Shown: positions 47,740-62,739 of the stretch, in pieces
Position numbering within the stretch: the stretch's first letter is position 1
Layout of the letters: every line of letters starts with the position of its first letter
NCBI GenBank assembly: GCA_011109175.1
Contig: RDEW01000014.1
Span: 372,001-436,000, forward strand
Length of the DNA: 64,000 nucleotides
Source of the DNA: Dicyema japonicum
Taxonomy: Eukaryota > Animalia > Dicyemida
Direction of reading: 5' to 3'
The notes under the pieces: generated by a model
Seen by the model: only the letters and a program-made list of their open reading frames with translations
The model's database searches: none
What the model was told of the DNA's origin: nothing
Position numbers and translations under genes: made by a program

Positions 47740-48790
47740 AACATTAGTTAGCTGCTGCCCTCACTGCGTGGCTGTTCTCTCAGAATTACGAGCGAAATTC
47801 GCTCAAACAGCCAGCGGCGTTCGCGGAGATCTCCAGTGCATGAGGTGATCCGGTTTCCAAGACGTCCGAAAAACTCTAGTATAGAGGGGGAGTAGGACCC
47901 GGAAGTCTCCATAGCAAGGGGAACAAATTGGACATTATCTTGAAGGTCGCTGTATTTTTCGACTTTGGCCTTCTCCGCCTTGACAATTGCAGAACAGGCC
48001 CTTGAAGCGCACTCGTGAAGATTGTTCGGGGCGAACGTGTCTGTACATCTCACGTCCCAAAAAGTGGTCTCCTGGACTCAAAGGGAAATATGGTCATCCC
48101 GTCCGGTCGTTTCCCGTCACTTCTGCATAACCCAACCGATTCAAGAATGGTCGAGTATCCAGCAGCATCCATTGCCCGTTTGACAATCTCATTCTGAGCC
48201 TTGTGCTTTGGAGATCTGCCATCGCTCCTTTTGCAGGCTAGAGGGTGCAGGCCATAACAGTCTATCAGGACGCCACATCGGCATGGGTGAGGTACACATT
48301 TTTTCAGTCCCAGCCGCAGAGAGACACACTTCTAACGCATTCATTATCCAGAAAGTGCCCAGAGCTCCATTTGGGATGGCGTTTAGCCAAGCTCTGCTCT
48401 CAGGGGAAGCCCCCGAAAGCAAACAAGCGCGTCGGTGTCGATTGGATTCCAGTAAGAGTCCGAATGATTTCCAGCAATAAATTGTCCAGGTTTCGCTAGC
48501 AGTCTTGTGAAGGAGGCAGGGGCAGGTTGGTGGCATTCCAGGCTTCTCGTGCGTGTATTATGTCTTGGTCAATTGAGAATTCGGGTAGGGAGTGTAGAAT
48601 CCTCCTGACCAAAGGTTCGCAGGCCGTGAGTGAAGACAGATGTGCAGGAAGTGAGACGTCCAAAGTACGACGGATTCCAAGACCCCCAAATCTAACTGGG
48701 AGTGTAGCTTGCTTCCATGTAGCATCGTCGAATTTGACATTAAATATTTCCTGTTGAACACCTGAGGACGATGGAACCATGAAATCCCCG
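47740..48790 (-). mobile_element. CRE-like non-LTR retrotransposon, 5'-truncated
   Basis: WKQATLPVRFGGLGIR...RAWLNAIP...DTFAP...KVEKY..FVPLAMETSG...WLFERISLVILRENSHAV. Confidence 0.9.
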
Positions 48791-48910
48791 TGCAATAGAG
48801 AATAAATAAAATAAAATATTATTTAGATAATTATAACATTTTTGTTAATACTCTCATAGCATAAAATTATGTTTATTACCAATAAAAACATATTGTTACA
48901 TATTATTTAA

Positions 48911-50656
<1,746 letters not shown>

Positions 50657-50769
50657 TTTAGTTGACTTGGAAATATCTTTAAATTTAAATAAATTTATAA
50701 TTTTTTATATCTTTAAGAATAAATTTAACTCATTTATTCAAAAATTAAATTTTCATGTAAATTCAGTAG

Positions 50770-51000
50770 ACGTCCAGTACGATCATGCATGGTCACGAGG
50801 GAGGAACGTCGGCAAAGATGAGGTCCCTGATCGGAATCTCCACTGGAGGAGTTCTCAAAATGGCGGTTATGAATGTGCATGATGGTTGGAAAGGATGTGT
50901 CTCACTTTGACGCTGGGAACTGGATATACCTTAATTTGAAATTAATTAGCTCTTAACCTTTCCCCGGTATATCGGGGATTATTAAATAAAATAGTAACGA
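50770..51000 (+). mobile_element. LINE 3' end remnant related to family B
   Basis: CTCCACTGGAGGG shared with family B; ends CTGGATATACC...TCCCCGGTATATCGGGGATTATTAAATAAAA. Confidence 0.7.
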
Positions 51001-51995
51001 TCTTCAACTTAAAAGACCTGATTGATTGTTTAAGCAGATGGATGGAAACACGGAAACGAAGCTTTCCTACCGTGGGAGGTTCGTGTCCACTTGGCGCACC
51101 TCCATTGTGGTCACCACATGGATTTATGTTCCAACAAAGTCACCTGTCATATCTCTGAGAGCGTCTACTTTTGACTCTGAAGTTCCTGTTAGCCACCATT
51201 TTTTCTTTACTCTAAGGGACCTGGTTAGTGATGAAGATAAATGTATCTACAACGCAAAAATATCAAAAGTCAACTTAGATTTTATCTTGAATGAAAAACA
51301 TGTAAACAATGTTATCTTCTGGAGCTGAACTGTCACTGCAGTATAGTTAGATGAACTTTGTTGAAGAAAATTATTTTATTTTTAGCTACACAAACACTTA
51401 ACAACTACTATAAGTTCCTTTCAGTCAAGACTGGCCTCTCACGGATTGAAAACCTATTTCACATGACGATTTGTAAGGAAATGTGATCAATAAGCCAACT
51501 CATTTCTCTAATATCTTTCTTCCTCTTTGCGATCTAATACGGTTCATCAGGGTCAGTGATCTGCTTCCAAGATAAACAAACATATTCTTCAATATGCTTG
51601 GCCCCAGCACTGCATAGTTGCAGGACTGTGGAGAAAAGATCCTAGAAAAACACGAAATTAATGGTAAGGGAACGCGTCACCAGGGAAAAGGATTTTTTCT
51701 GGTGGATTGGGGAGGAAGTTTCTTTTTTGAGGTTCATTAGGTGGCCCTTGAGTGCCACCAGACATACATATCTGGTAAACAAAATGAATCTAAATAAAAT
51801 AGCATAAAAATGAATTAAAAAAAATAAATTAAATTGATTCTAAGATCAAGGGTAAAACCAAACTAACTAATTACTTGATCCTGAAAATTAAAAATGAAAT
51901 ACTGATCTGAATATTTTAATTAAATATATTTTTATAAATTAAATTTAAATATATTTAAATAAATTAATTAATATTGCACGTTGTTCTTTTGACTT

Positions 51996-52511
51996 ATGTC
52001 TGTTCCGTAAGCTTTTTAGTTTTAACAAATAGGACCCAGTCTTGTTCGTTCACTGCTTTTAAAATTTACCCAGGCCATGGAAGAACTCACATTCGACCTG
52101 ACGGAAAGATTCTACACTTTATAACGGCAAAAAGTCATGCAGCATTCAAACAGGAGAGTAAACCCCACAAAATACCATGGACAATATTCTACAGGAAGAA
52201 ACACAATAAAACCAAAACTAAAAACGAGAATAGGAATAAATCGAGGAAGACTCAGAAGTTCGTGCGTCCCATTCTGGGAATGGGTCTTGCGGATATTTTA
52301 GCAAAGACTCAGAGGCGGACTCAAATAAGGGAAGCCGCCAATGCTAAGGCTGCCGCGTACTAATTGTCATGTTTACCATAGAATTGCAAACGAACGAAAA
52401 AAGGCACGTGAAGCTCTGCGAGCAAAGAATCCGTCAGCAAGACAGACCACTAAACCAGTTGCTACTTCTAAGGCTCCTGTTAGAGCTCCTGTTAAGAGGA
52501 AAGTACGTTGA
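51996..52511 (+). CDS. RPL24: 60S ribosomal protein L24 (eL24), 154 aa; introns 52007-52032 and 52357-52381
   Basis: MSVP|TQSCSFTAFKIYPGHGRTHIRPDGK...IPWTIFYRKKHNK...FVRPILG..LADILAK. Confidence 0.95.
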
Positions 52512-53539
52512 TCTTTTGCTTAATTTCTGATTTTTTCCTTATTTTGTGTTTTTTGAATTTAACCATAAATTGCAATTTTTACTTACATGATCAACATTGA
52601 ATCTATCCCCGCCGACATAATTGGCGAGTTGCTGCCTTGGACAATAGCTATCAACTGAAGGAATCACTCGCGGATATCATGACTTCTGAATGTCGCCAAA
52701 CGACTCAGGTTCTCGGGAAAAAATTTCCTACATAGCCCTTCAGTAATCTCGGCAGTAATTGCATGGAACGTGAACTGGATGTTGGTTTTTCTTCCCCTTC
52801 TCTGGAGACCTTGTCATAACAAATAACTTATTTTTTTAAAATAAATTTGGAATTAAAGATTATTTTACAAAATGGTCAAATACTTGGTTTATTAAAAATT
52901 TCCATTAATAAAATCCCCAACACTATAATATGAGAACTATCCCCATACCAAAAGTTTATTTTCACCTGATTCTGGGTGTCCGTTTGTCTCTTAGACAAAT
53001 TCCATGAAGATCAAAGCTAGCCAAAAAGGGTTCTAAAATTGCGGAACGATGGACCTCTGGAAAGTCCCCAGAACCAAGGTTGTGACTACAAGGAGTCATT
53101 TATACAGCCGATACGTAATTTCCTGGGTTTCGAGGGAGGAACATCGTGCCAAGTTGAAGTTTATGTTAGAGTGTGCCGGGATCATGTGAGTATTAAGTTT
53201 GGTGGTTCCGTGGTCTTTGGAATTTTTCATTTCATACGAGCAATTCCAGATCATTAAGTTCATTCAATTTTGGACTGGACGAGATTCAAACCCGGACTCT
53301 TTATGTATTTGAATCTTACTTTATTCACAACTTTTGGTTTCTAAACTCTCTTGAGTCTGTCACCTCGTAATGCTTACGAGAGAGGGAAAATAAGAGCTTT
53401 CAACTTAAGTAGACATTCTGTGCAATAGAGATGCGTCACTACCTCAACCTTCAACCACTTGGCTGACTGATCAATTCGTATTTGCACTAATTGGCCAAGG
53501 AAGAGCAGAATTGAGGCACGGTTATAGAAATCTCACATA

Positions 53540-54230
53540 ATGCACTTGATTCTTCCAAATTTAATATTGGATTGCAACCTAAGAACTAGCATATCCCGTT
53601 GTACGACGAGAAACGAGGAAAAGTGGAGAACATGCAAGAAAGTTGGATCTCTCCTCGAGACTCGGAGGACGTTATTCACAGGAAAGTTCTGCCGGTTGCT
53701 TCTTTCAAAAAATTGTGGGCGATCTGGATACGGCAAAGGTACATAGGCCTTCGAATTCGGTTGCACAACTCCTTTATCGAATCAATTCTACTTTATAACA
53801 CGGGGACCTGGATCTAACTACCAAAGAACTGGAAAACCTTAACTCTTTCCACAGCAAACAACTGCGACTTCTTCTGGGAGTCTACTGGCCAATACGGATA
53901 ACCAACAACGAGCTATATAGAATTACTCAAACAGCAAAGATTGAGAATAAAGTTACTTTGGCGAAATGGCACTTTTTGGACATATCCTAAGAGAGGGCAC
54001 CGGCCATCAGGCCATGGAATATACTTCTCTATATTAAACGAAACAAAGTATCGAGGTCGCAAAGAAAACGTTGCCGTCGACGCTCGACAAAGAACTCACT
54101 TACATAGGAAGAAAAACTGAAAACAGGAGAGGATCTGGATAATCTGAAGGCGGTTGCGGGAAACAGAGGAGGATAGAAACGACTTACAGCGCGTATTCAG
54201 AGATGCATGGCAAAATTGGACTCTCAAATT
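53540..54230 (+). mobile_element. RTE-clade LINE, 3' part
   Basis: SFIESILLYNTGTW...LNSFH..QLR..LGVYWPIRITNNELY...WHFFGHILR. Confidence 0.85.
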
Positions 54231-54399
54231 AGTTGACTTTTCTGGTTCCGGACATTGCTATTAATAATAATATTGGATTTCTCTGAATCGTTTTCCAAGT
54301 AATGTTTCCCCGTCTGCTTGAATAACATACCGACAATTCTTCTTTAAAAGGAATCAGAAATTAAAGTTCATAAACTAAACCAGAACCCACGGATATTTT

Positions 54400-55930
54400 A
54401 ATGATTCCCTTGGTCAATGAAGAAATACATATGTCTCAGTGGACAGTTCGTATCGGAAACGTCAGGAATCATAAGAAGTAAGTCACTGACACTGCTAAAT
54501 AGAATCGGATCGTTCATTGCTAAGAAAGAAAATAATAGAAAAGAAAGGAACTGGCTCATTGAGCGAATTTCCTTGAAAATCGTCAAGAAAAATGATTTTC
54601 CAGAAAATTAAGATCCCCACGAAAATGGTCGAGAAAGGATAGGTTATAAAATAACGCGAAGGCAACTAATGACAGTTAATGTACTTCCAGAACACTTGCA
54701 AAAGCTCTAAGCCTCGAACTGAGTCCTATTCAACTCGGAGTTGAAATTCCTCACGGATGTAAGCAGAAATTCATTAAATCCTAAATTTCATTGCCAGTCC
54801 ATCTGACACTCAGAATGCAACAATAGTTAAACTGGACATCCTCAATTTCAATAGCATTCCCAGGGATGGAATCATAAAGGCTAGTGTTTCCAGGAACCCG
54901 GAAATTAGCAGAATGGAAAAACTCTCATATGGTTCCCCATGCACCCTGATCTTCGAGCAGCACACTCTTGAATCCAAGATTGGAGTTCAACAGGGCAACC
55001 CTGGCCTTTTACTTTTCGTCCTGGGCATCGATTGTAAGCTTCAGAGATCAAGAGCTCCAAAAACTTATGATACCTGGACTATTGTAGGGAACTGGAAAAT
55101 TGTGGTGGCAGAAATCAATTCGGATATCTTTAAGGACATCTCACTGTTTCACGTATATGGACTTCCTAGAGTCATCAACGAGAGGCTGAAGACTGCCGTA
55201 GAAGAAGCACTTATTATTTCTTTTGATAAAACTGGCTGGATCCAATGCAAATTACCGCTTCGCTATGGAGGAACCGGGATGCGTTTACGACTCAAACTCT
55301 CCTTCTCAGTCTTTCTATCTTAGGCCAATGCTTCCACTGGTCTTATGCACCTGATCTTTACGCTATATTAACGTATCTGACGCTGAACCAGTAGCATGCA
55401 CGGCTCGGGAAGTTTAGTCGATACTATTGATTAGATAAAACTGAGCTTGACCAGCATCGTCTGGCATGTCTGACTTCTGCATCGACGAACGAAAGTGGTT
55501 CATGGCTTAGATAATTCTCATTCACCTCACTTTGGACACTATTGGATGACGACGCCAAGAATTGGGGTTTCCGTCCACCTCAAAATCGATTTTTCGTGAT
55601 CCATCGCCGTCTTTGTGGAATAATGGTCGACTCAAACACTCTCCATCCGAAGGAGTGCTGTTAAGAGTAGAATGCACATTGCAACCAACGAGGTATTGCA
55701 TGAAAATAAAATCAGCCAGATTCCCTGTCCAGTTTGAGCCTCTCGGAGTGGCGCCAGCCTACAAAAGACCTGATGGAACAATTCTCTTCTCATGGGGAAA
55801 GTGGTAGATACCTCGCCTGGGACGCCACATGTGGTGAATAGCCTCTCTCACTCTAACCTTACATGACTGCAACTATCTCAGGCTAAACTTCGGAAAAGGC
55901 CTAAGACCCTAAAAATGAAAGAAATACGTC
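54400..55930 (+). mobile_element. Degraded CRE-like elements (a 3' tip followed by an RT-to-RLE remnant)
   Basis: RNWLIERISLKIV; GVQQGNP; QCKLPLRYGGTG; FEPLGV....KRPDG; LAWDATC. Confidence 0.8.
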
Positions 55931-55934
55931 TCGG

Positions 55935-56015
55935 TGGAAATTAAATAAAGTGCGTGTCCTGCCTATGCGGAGCTATAAAAATTATGGCTCTCGTGAAAAG
56001 GCTGTTATTATTACT
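55935..56015 (+). mobile_element. SINE-like family A, 3' portion
   Basis: AAATAAAGTGCGTGTCCTGCCTATGCGGAGCTATAAAAATTATGGCTCTCGTGAAAAGGCTGTTATTATTA. Confidence 0.85.
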
Positions 56016-57179
56016 AAGTGACGAACCAAAATATAACTAAAGTTCGAACTCCAGCCACGGGGATTGAGGGAATATAAATAAAAATAATTTATCCTTAGGA
56101 CACCTAATAGTATCAGTTAAGTGATGGAATAATACAAAATAATAATGAAATGAAAGCATCCGAATAATATGAATAGGAAAAAAGTCTTATTGGGATAATT
56201 CTTATAATTAACCGCGCTGTCAGAGCCAATGTTCCACCGAATCAACTACACCTGTCAACTCTTAGCATGGTAGGCAATACACCCCCTGATAGGTCCTCTA
56301 AAACTACGACCCGTAGATACGGAGCCAGACTCCTCCGTTTTCGAGAAGACAAAAATCCACTTTACCTAATTAATGTTTCGAAAAAATTTATCAGAAAAAG
56401 GAAAATAAGTGGACATTGCTGCGAAGGAAGCGATTCAAGACGTTCGCGGAAGCAACGCCGCTCCCAAGGATCTCCCTGTTTTGATAAGTAGTGTTTCGAT
56501 GTCCTTCAAAAACAGACTATTAATAGTAAAAATCCTTGATAAGACGATAAAGTCAATTAAGTCAATCAAGCCATATATTCATAGTTAGTTACCCCAATCT
56601 GTTCTTCAACGAGGGTCACCTCCTCATGAAGAAAAACAAACATTACGTATTAATTTAGGGACTCTCACCCAATTCCCCGCACGGCTATTGCTTGTTGGGT
56701 CGCCATCTACAGTCCTTGAGCTGATGTAAAGTCGTTTTAATTTTAATTAGTAACATTTTACCCACAAGGAAATGAAAAAAAGTAATATTCAAATGAATTT
56801 TCTTGTTTCAGGACTTTTCGCCAGCATCCCTCATAATTCTTATCGTACTTGTATAAGAATCGAGTTTTCTTTGCAAAACCCATAATCGTCTTGGCAACAA
56901 CTTCTCTTATAGAGATTAATCCTCATCTTTTATCAGGAACTTATCCAGCCTTTCCCAAAAAGCGAATTTAATTACCAGCCCAAGTCGAAAACGCGATTTC
57001 CTCGTCTGTTGCAATGATGAGAAGCAACGCAACGTCGGTAATGTCGGCGGGGACCACTTTGGATGGATTGCTGTGTTAATTAATTAATTGTTACTAAATA
57101 TAAATAAAAATTTATTATCAACAAAAATATGTTCCATTATTTAGATAAAAGGCAAATAAGACTGATATAAACGTAATAA

Positions 57180-57730
57180 CCTATGGCTCAATCAAAGAGG
57201 TATCGACACGAAAATGAGAATCCTATTATACGACTCATTCATAAAACCCGTACTTTTATATAACGCTGGAACTTGGGCGACCTCATCAGCGGATATGGAA
57301 AAACTAGACTCGTTCCACAGAGGTCAGCTGAGAAAAATAACAGGAACTACTTGGCCTACGAGAATATCGAGGAATGCTTTATATAAGAGATGCAGCGCTA
57401 GACCTTAGATGTACTGGAATCCAGATGGAAGCTCTTCGGACACGTGGTGAGGATGGAATTAACATCCCCACCGAACATATCTATGGAAACATACTATGTT
57501 AGTCAAGAAGGCCGCTATCATGGAAGACCTAGAACAACATTGCCAATAGTCTTACAAAAAGACCTGGTCAATATCAAAAGAAACCTAAAAAATGCCGACG
57601 ACCTAAACATGAGAGCCTTGGCGAGGAACAGGGGAGCATGGAAAAGGATGACATCTAACCTTGTTTCTTTTGCTGCACATACGGGTCTATAATTAGTATG
57701 GCTCTCGTGAAGTGCTTAAATAATAATAAT
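57180..57730 (+). mobile_element. RTE-clade LINE 3' part with (TAA)n tail
   Basis: LYDSFIKPVLLYNAGTW...WPTRISRNALY...GRPRTTLP..LQKDL; ends TATGGCTCTCGTGAAGTGCTTAAATAATAATAAT. Confidence 0.9.
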
Positions 57731-57779
57731 AAGACTGATAAGACTGTAAAATAACCTCTTTTGTTTTTCCTGGTTTCTC

Positions 57780-58480
57780 TACCATCTAGACAATTGAAAA
57801 TCTTCTAGCTATTAGAGAGGGACATGTCCAAGTTTCATTCTCGTGATAATTAAGTTTCGGGGATCCAAAATAGAATTTCATGGCACTCCTTAAACATTGT
57901 CTTTCTTATGTGGTCATATTCCGGCGTTTTGGTTTTTCATCCCATTACGACTGTCTTTGCCTCGTGGAGAGTGATATCTTTATGTAGTGCAGTTGTGTTC
58001 AACAAATATTTCTTAGATAATCATTGGAATCGGTCCCAAGTATCCTCTTTAGCTGTACTACCTCTTTTTTAAAAAGTGTTCCATGGGTTTCTTGAAAAAG
58101 ATTATATTCGATATTGATCTGAGCACATTATTCTGAAATATGGCTTCCAGAAGAATTGATTCATCATCTCAAGCCTGTTTACCTTTTAGCTCCATTTTCT
58201 GTCTACTTTCTCTTTCAAAAAGGGTTTCAACGAATTTTTCTAATTTTTTGATTTCTTTGGATCTTGAGGATCCACAAATATTTGTGGCCTCGCTTCTCAA
58301 ATATTTTTGTTCAATTGAACGGAAATGGTATTCTTTTCCAAATATACCGGTTTTCCGGATCTCTTCAGATATTAGGTCCGTTATACAGTGGGCCCAGTTC
58401 GTGGATATTTTCGTTGCTAGATTGATTGTCTGTAATTGTGGAATAGCATCATTCTTAATATCTTATAGAATATGACTACC
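57780..58480 (-). mobile_element. LINE ORF2 inter-domain remnant
   Basis: ITLHEAKTVV..KTKTPEYDHI..TMFK resembles the pre-RT segment; many stop codons. Confidence 0.45.
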
Positions 58481-58544
58481 CGACATACGGACCTGGGCAA
58501 AGGAAACTAGGAAGACTTCCAGTTTGTCCCCGCCATGGGTTGAG

Positions 58545-58700
58545 TAAAGATTGTCCCAATAGTCCATTACAGGCTTCCGCTTCCGAAAAGAGTTGGAGAA
58601 GTAGATCCGCCATCTTCAATTTTCATCACACGTCCTACCGTCGCGGACATAACTTCATTCTTAAGCGGAAGAGTTTTCATAATGGTAATCTCCGCCGAAC
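58545..58700. repeat. Interspersed repeat family C
   Basis: Matches 15300-15420, 9395-9510 and the reverse complement of 29320-29450. Confidence 0.7.
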
Positions 58701-59007
58701 AGGGAGAAGGGAAGAAGATACTTTTCAACAACTGTCTTGTCTGACTCATCGCCTCACAGGTGGGATCTGTTTGACGAGAATTGACCTTCACTAGAAAGCT
58801 TCATCTTTAGGATTCGAACCCACGACTGTAAGATCCAATGTCATCCAACGTTACGTTCAACAAGAAGACCCAAAATTTCCAGAAATAATTAAATTCGAAT
58901 CTTAGAGTGTTTTATAGTTTTTTATTAATAATATAAAATTATTTATTATTTTAAAATTGTTTAAAAAATAAAATATTCAGAAATTTAATCAATAAATTAA
59001 TAGACCT

Positions 59008-60064
59008 ATGGACTATGAGAATGCCGTTCAAAAATTTGCCAAACTTGTTGTTTTTCCTCCGATAAAAAAATGTTACCGAATGCTTGAAATTCTACTGGTA
59101 ATGGTAGACGATCTCAAAGGACTCCAAAACTTTTTTCAAGCAATAATAAGTTGCGACAGTAACCACCAATGTGTTGTTATTAGACCGTATTTCTACTTTT
59201 ATAATTATAGTGATGGGAAAAATTATCACTTATTATCATGCCAATTATTCCGCTGGTCTGACATAACCCACGTGGGTCAACTGAGATGTATTGACCACTG
59301 TAAATACGGCTGCGACATTACCAATGAAGTAATTTGTATTAACCCCTTCCATTATGTCCGAAATAACGGTATTATTCACGTATTGATTTATTGACTTTAT
59401 TGGCAATTAATTACACAATTTAGGCGCTGTCCCCATTCAGTCTCCTTCAGAAAACCTAGTCTGGGCAATTTATTCGATTTACAATAAGGATACCGTCTTG
59501 ATAAAGGACAAATGCATATATGAGTGGTCCCATCATATATGTGATTCCGACGTTCCTTTTGTTCCTGATCTCGCCCAACTAATCGGTACACGATATTTTA
59601 ATTTTGAGGAAAGGGAGTGAGGATATCATACGTGAAACCATTTGTCCACATACACTGTGACTCTGATACGACAATATATTTCTATAGTGTCTTCTTCAAT
59701 CAGTTGAACAGAGCCGATCCTTCCCAAATTGCTGAGCTTAAAGCAAGTAGTTTTCATTTTAAAGTCAGATTCTTCCGTAACGGTATTCAACGAGACCACC
59801 TTCGCTGAGAATCTAAGTAAATTAACGAAGGATGCGGATCATACTTCCCTCTACAACATGTCAAACTCGTATACGATATATCTTTCCTTCGGTAATTCAT
59901 GGGGGACACAACACAAGTTGGAGTAATTAATATATAGTTACAAAAATCTCAACAAACTTGACCTCTGGATTACCATAAATCTCATTATACCTTCTGAATG
60001 GCTTGATAATGTGCTAAGAGCCCTCGGAGTTCCTAAAAACTACTCTTGCACCAGTCAATCGTGA
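59008..60064 (+). CDS. SMAD: Receptor-regulated Smad (Smad2/3-like), about 303 aa; introns 59187-59210, 59369-59423, 59586-59608, 59747-59768, 59917-59937
   Basis: MH1 LFRWSD...C..C...VICINPFHY; MH2 IG|KGVRI...CDSD..IY..S..FN...VFN...FA...SF..SWG...WLDNVL..LG; C-terminal TSQS*. Confidence 0.92.
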
Positions 60065-60197
60065 ATTTTTTTTACATTTTAAACTTTCGGTGATTATTTT
60101 TCATTTTTTGTTTTTGAAAATAGTCGTTTTTTTCTTTTAATGTTCCTGTACAAGAATTAATGAAATTACAGTTGTTTTTTACGTTTAGCATTCATTT

Positions 60198-60280
60198 AGT
60201 TGACGAGTGACGCCTTCATCACTGTGGAACTGGATTGTCCCCAGGACTCACACACAAGAAAAAAGAAAAAAACAATAAAT
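60198..60280 (+). mobile_element. SINE-like family A, 5' portion
   Basis: TTGACGAGTGACGCC...GGAACTGGATTGTCCCCAGGACTCACACACAAGAAAAAAG. Confidence 0.75.
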
Positions 60281-60329
60281 TATAACACTCTTGAAGTCTT
60301 GGATTAATTAACATAACTATTCTTGTCTT

Positions 60330-62590
60330 AATTATTATTACTAAAAGCACTCCCGAAAAAACATAAATTAGTTAAGTTTCCCTTGTGCCGTATTCCTAAT
60401 CAATGATTATTAATCATCCTCTCCGTCAACCTCGACCATGATCCTCTGTTGCGCGCTAGTTCTCTTAGGTAGTCCAGATCGTCCGCTGAAGTTAGTCTCA
60501 TACCAACCGCCGATAGGTCTTCGTTCAAGATACTCGGAAGTGTTGTTCTTGGCCAGAGTTGTTAGATTTAAATCATTTGATTTTAATCAACAAAAAAAAT
60601 CAATGATTTAAATCATTAGAAAAAATCAAAAAAATCATTTAAATTTTTTAATGTCTGGAAGTCGATAAACGTATTATTTCTGGAAAGACCGGGAGTCGAG
60701 CCAGATGCCGTAATTGCGGGAAGGAGGTACAAGGTCTCGTATCTCGGATGAGGCAGCATCATTTATCATGTCGAACTAATATTGATATCCCTGAAAATCC
60801 GTCGAAACCTGAAAGTGATTTGATCAGCGAATTCCTCCCAAGGATGAGGGACCAGTCTTTAATCAATTTCGTTACTACGACGACGTCATCGAAGAAAAAT
60901 TTGATTGATATGCAACTCGCTAGATACATATATTCCACTAACACTCCTTTTGCTGCTGTAGAACATCCGGAAATTGTCAAATTCGTACAAATGCTTCTTC
61001 CTGGGTATCATTTACCCTCTCATAATCAAATTGGTGGTCCATTGCTCGATCGTGTGTACGACCAAATACATGAAGACTGTCGGCAAAGACTCCAGGACAA
61101 GACAGTGTCTATGATGTTGGACGGGTGGAGTAACATTCATAATGAACCTGTTATTTGTGCGTCAGTTGTAACATCGGATGGAGAAAGCTATCTAATTGAC
61201 ACTGTGGACACGTCTGGATATAGCCACACCGCGGAGTATCTTCAATCTGTTGCTTTAGTCTTTGTAAATTCCGCCGAGCAACGGTTTGGATGTAAAATCG
61301 GGAGTCTTGTAACGGACAACGCTGCCAACATGACTAAAATGAGGAGGATAATGATGCAAGATGACGATGAAATTATTACATATGATTGCTAGGCACATTA
61401 TCTCAACCTTCTCTCAAAGGATGTCGAAGTAGCTGACGTCAAAGAAACCTTCGTAAGAATAAATAAATACTTTCGAAACGTCCATCTTCCAGCGGCATAT
61501 TTGCGGCTGATTAAACCAATTGCTGTCGCTTTAGACAAAATTCAAAATGATTCTACGACGATTAGTCATGCTGTAGAAATTTAAAAAGAACTTGAACAGA
61601 CTTATATTGACCATGAATGTACGACTATTTTAGAAAAAGTGAAAACTCGGGCTGATCAAGTATTAACACCTTTCCAGTACTTGCGAATCTAATGGACCCA
61701 ACACGTTGTGGGAGATCTCTTTCAACTGCTGAGATTGCCTCGCCTTGGAGTATTGTGCTGAACATTATGAATATGCTCTTCCGACTCTGATTAATTTCAT
61801 AGCAAAAGTTGATCCATTCAAACTATACATGTTCGCTCCGAATTTATTGAGCAAAGTATCACCTATAGCTTGGTGGGAGTCAAACTCATACCAGCTACCT
61901 TCTGAAGTAATTCACTCTGCAAAAAATTCTTGGAGCAGTTCTTCCACAGGTGGAATAGAACGAATTTTTTTGACTTTTGGATTCTTACATTCAAATGTAC
62001 GAAATAGGCTGGGAATTGAAAAAGCTGCCAAACTTGTTTTTTGTTTACAAGCTTTTAAATAAATAAATTCGATTTCCATTGTTTTTGTTTTTATTTTACT
62101 TTGTTTCCGAATAAAAATTATTTAATTCAAAAAATCCTGTTAAATCAAAAAATCAGATTTTTTCGATTTTTTTCATAAAAATCATGGTTTTTAACAACCC
62201 TGTTCTTGGCCTTCCGCGAAATCCGGCTCCTGTATGTGCGAAGTAGTTGACCATTGCGAAATTTGCGGGGATCTGGTCATTTAGATGTCTTGATTAAAAA
62301 TATCACCGGACAGGACGCCGTATTTGCATTTATTATAATGGTTTGCAGCAGAGATCTTCATTGGTAAGTTAATATTGTTTACCGATTTGAGCTGAGCTCC
62401 GTGGAAAGAGTCAAGACGGTCCATTTCCCGATTAGAGATTCCCCAAATCCCAGAGTTGTAGGTTAGTACCGGGATGACAAAAGCTTTGTATATTCTAAAC
62501 CTGGTGTTTAGTCCTATTCTCTTTCTGTGACTAGTCGCATACCAGTTGGTGTTTCTTGTGAGGTTGTTTAAGTCCTCTGCAATTGAAAGT
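60330..62590 (-). mobile_element. RTE-clade LINE 3' part split by the hAT insertion
   Basis: RFRIYKAFVIPVLTYNSGIW...LDSFHG...GFRGRPR|TTLPSILNEDL...LARNRGSW: the reading is continuous after removing 60554-62210. Confidence 0.88.
60554..62202 (+). mobile_element. hAT DNA transposon (DUF659-type), internally deleted; TIRs and 8-bp TSD TTCTTGGC
   Basis: TSD at 60546-60553 and 62203-62210; ends CAGAGTTGTTA / TAACAACCCTG; subterminal GATTT(T)AAATCA repeats; MMLDGWSN, VTDNAANM, ERIF.TFG..HS..RNRL..EKA.KLVF. Confidence 0.95.
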
Positions 62591-62739
62591 TCCCAGAGTG
62601 AACGGAGAAGTCGGTAAAAAAATACAAATCTTGTCTTAATAATAAAATAATAATAATTTTTTTCTTAAATAATAATTCTTTTCTTAATAATCTCCCTATT
62701 ATTATAAGCACTTTCCGAATCTTCCACGTTCTATATTTT

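Noticed and set aside
58805-58860. tRNA gene on the minus strand (GGGTTCGAATCC B-box)
   Set aside because: No cloverleaf and no convincing A-box; at most a SINE remnant.
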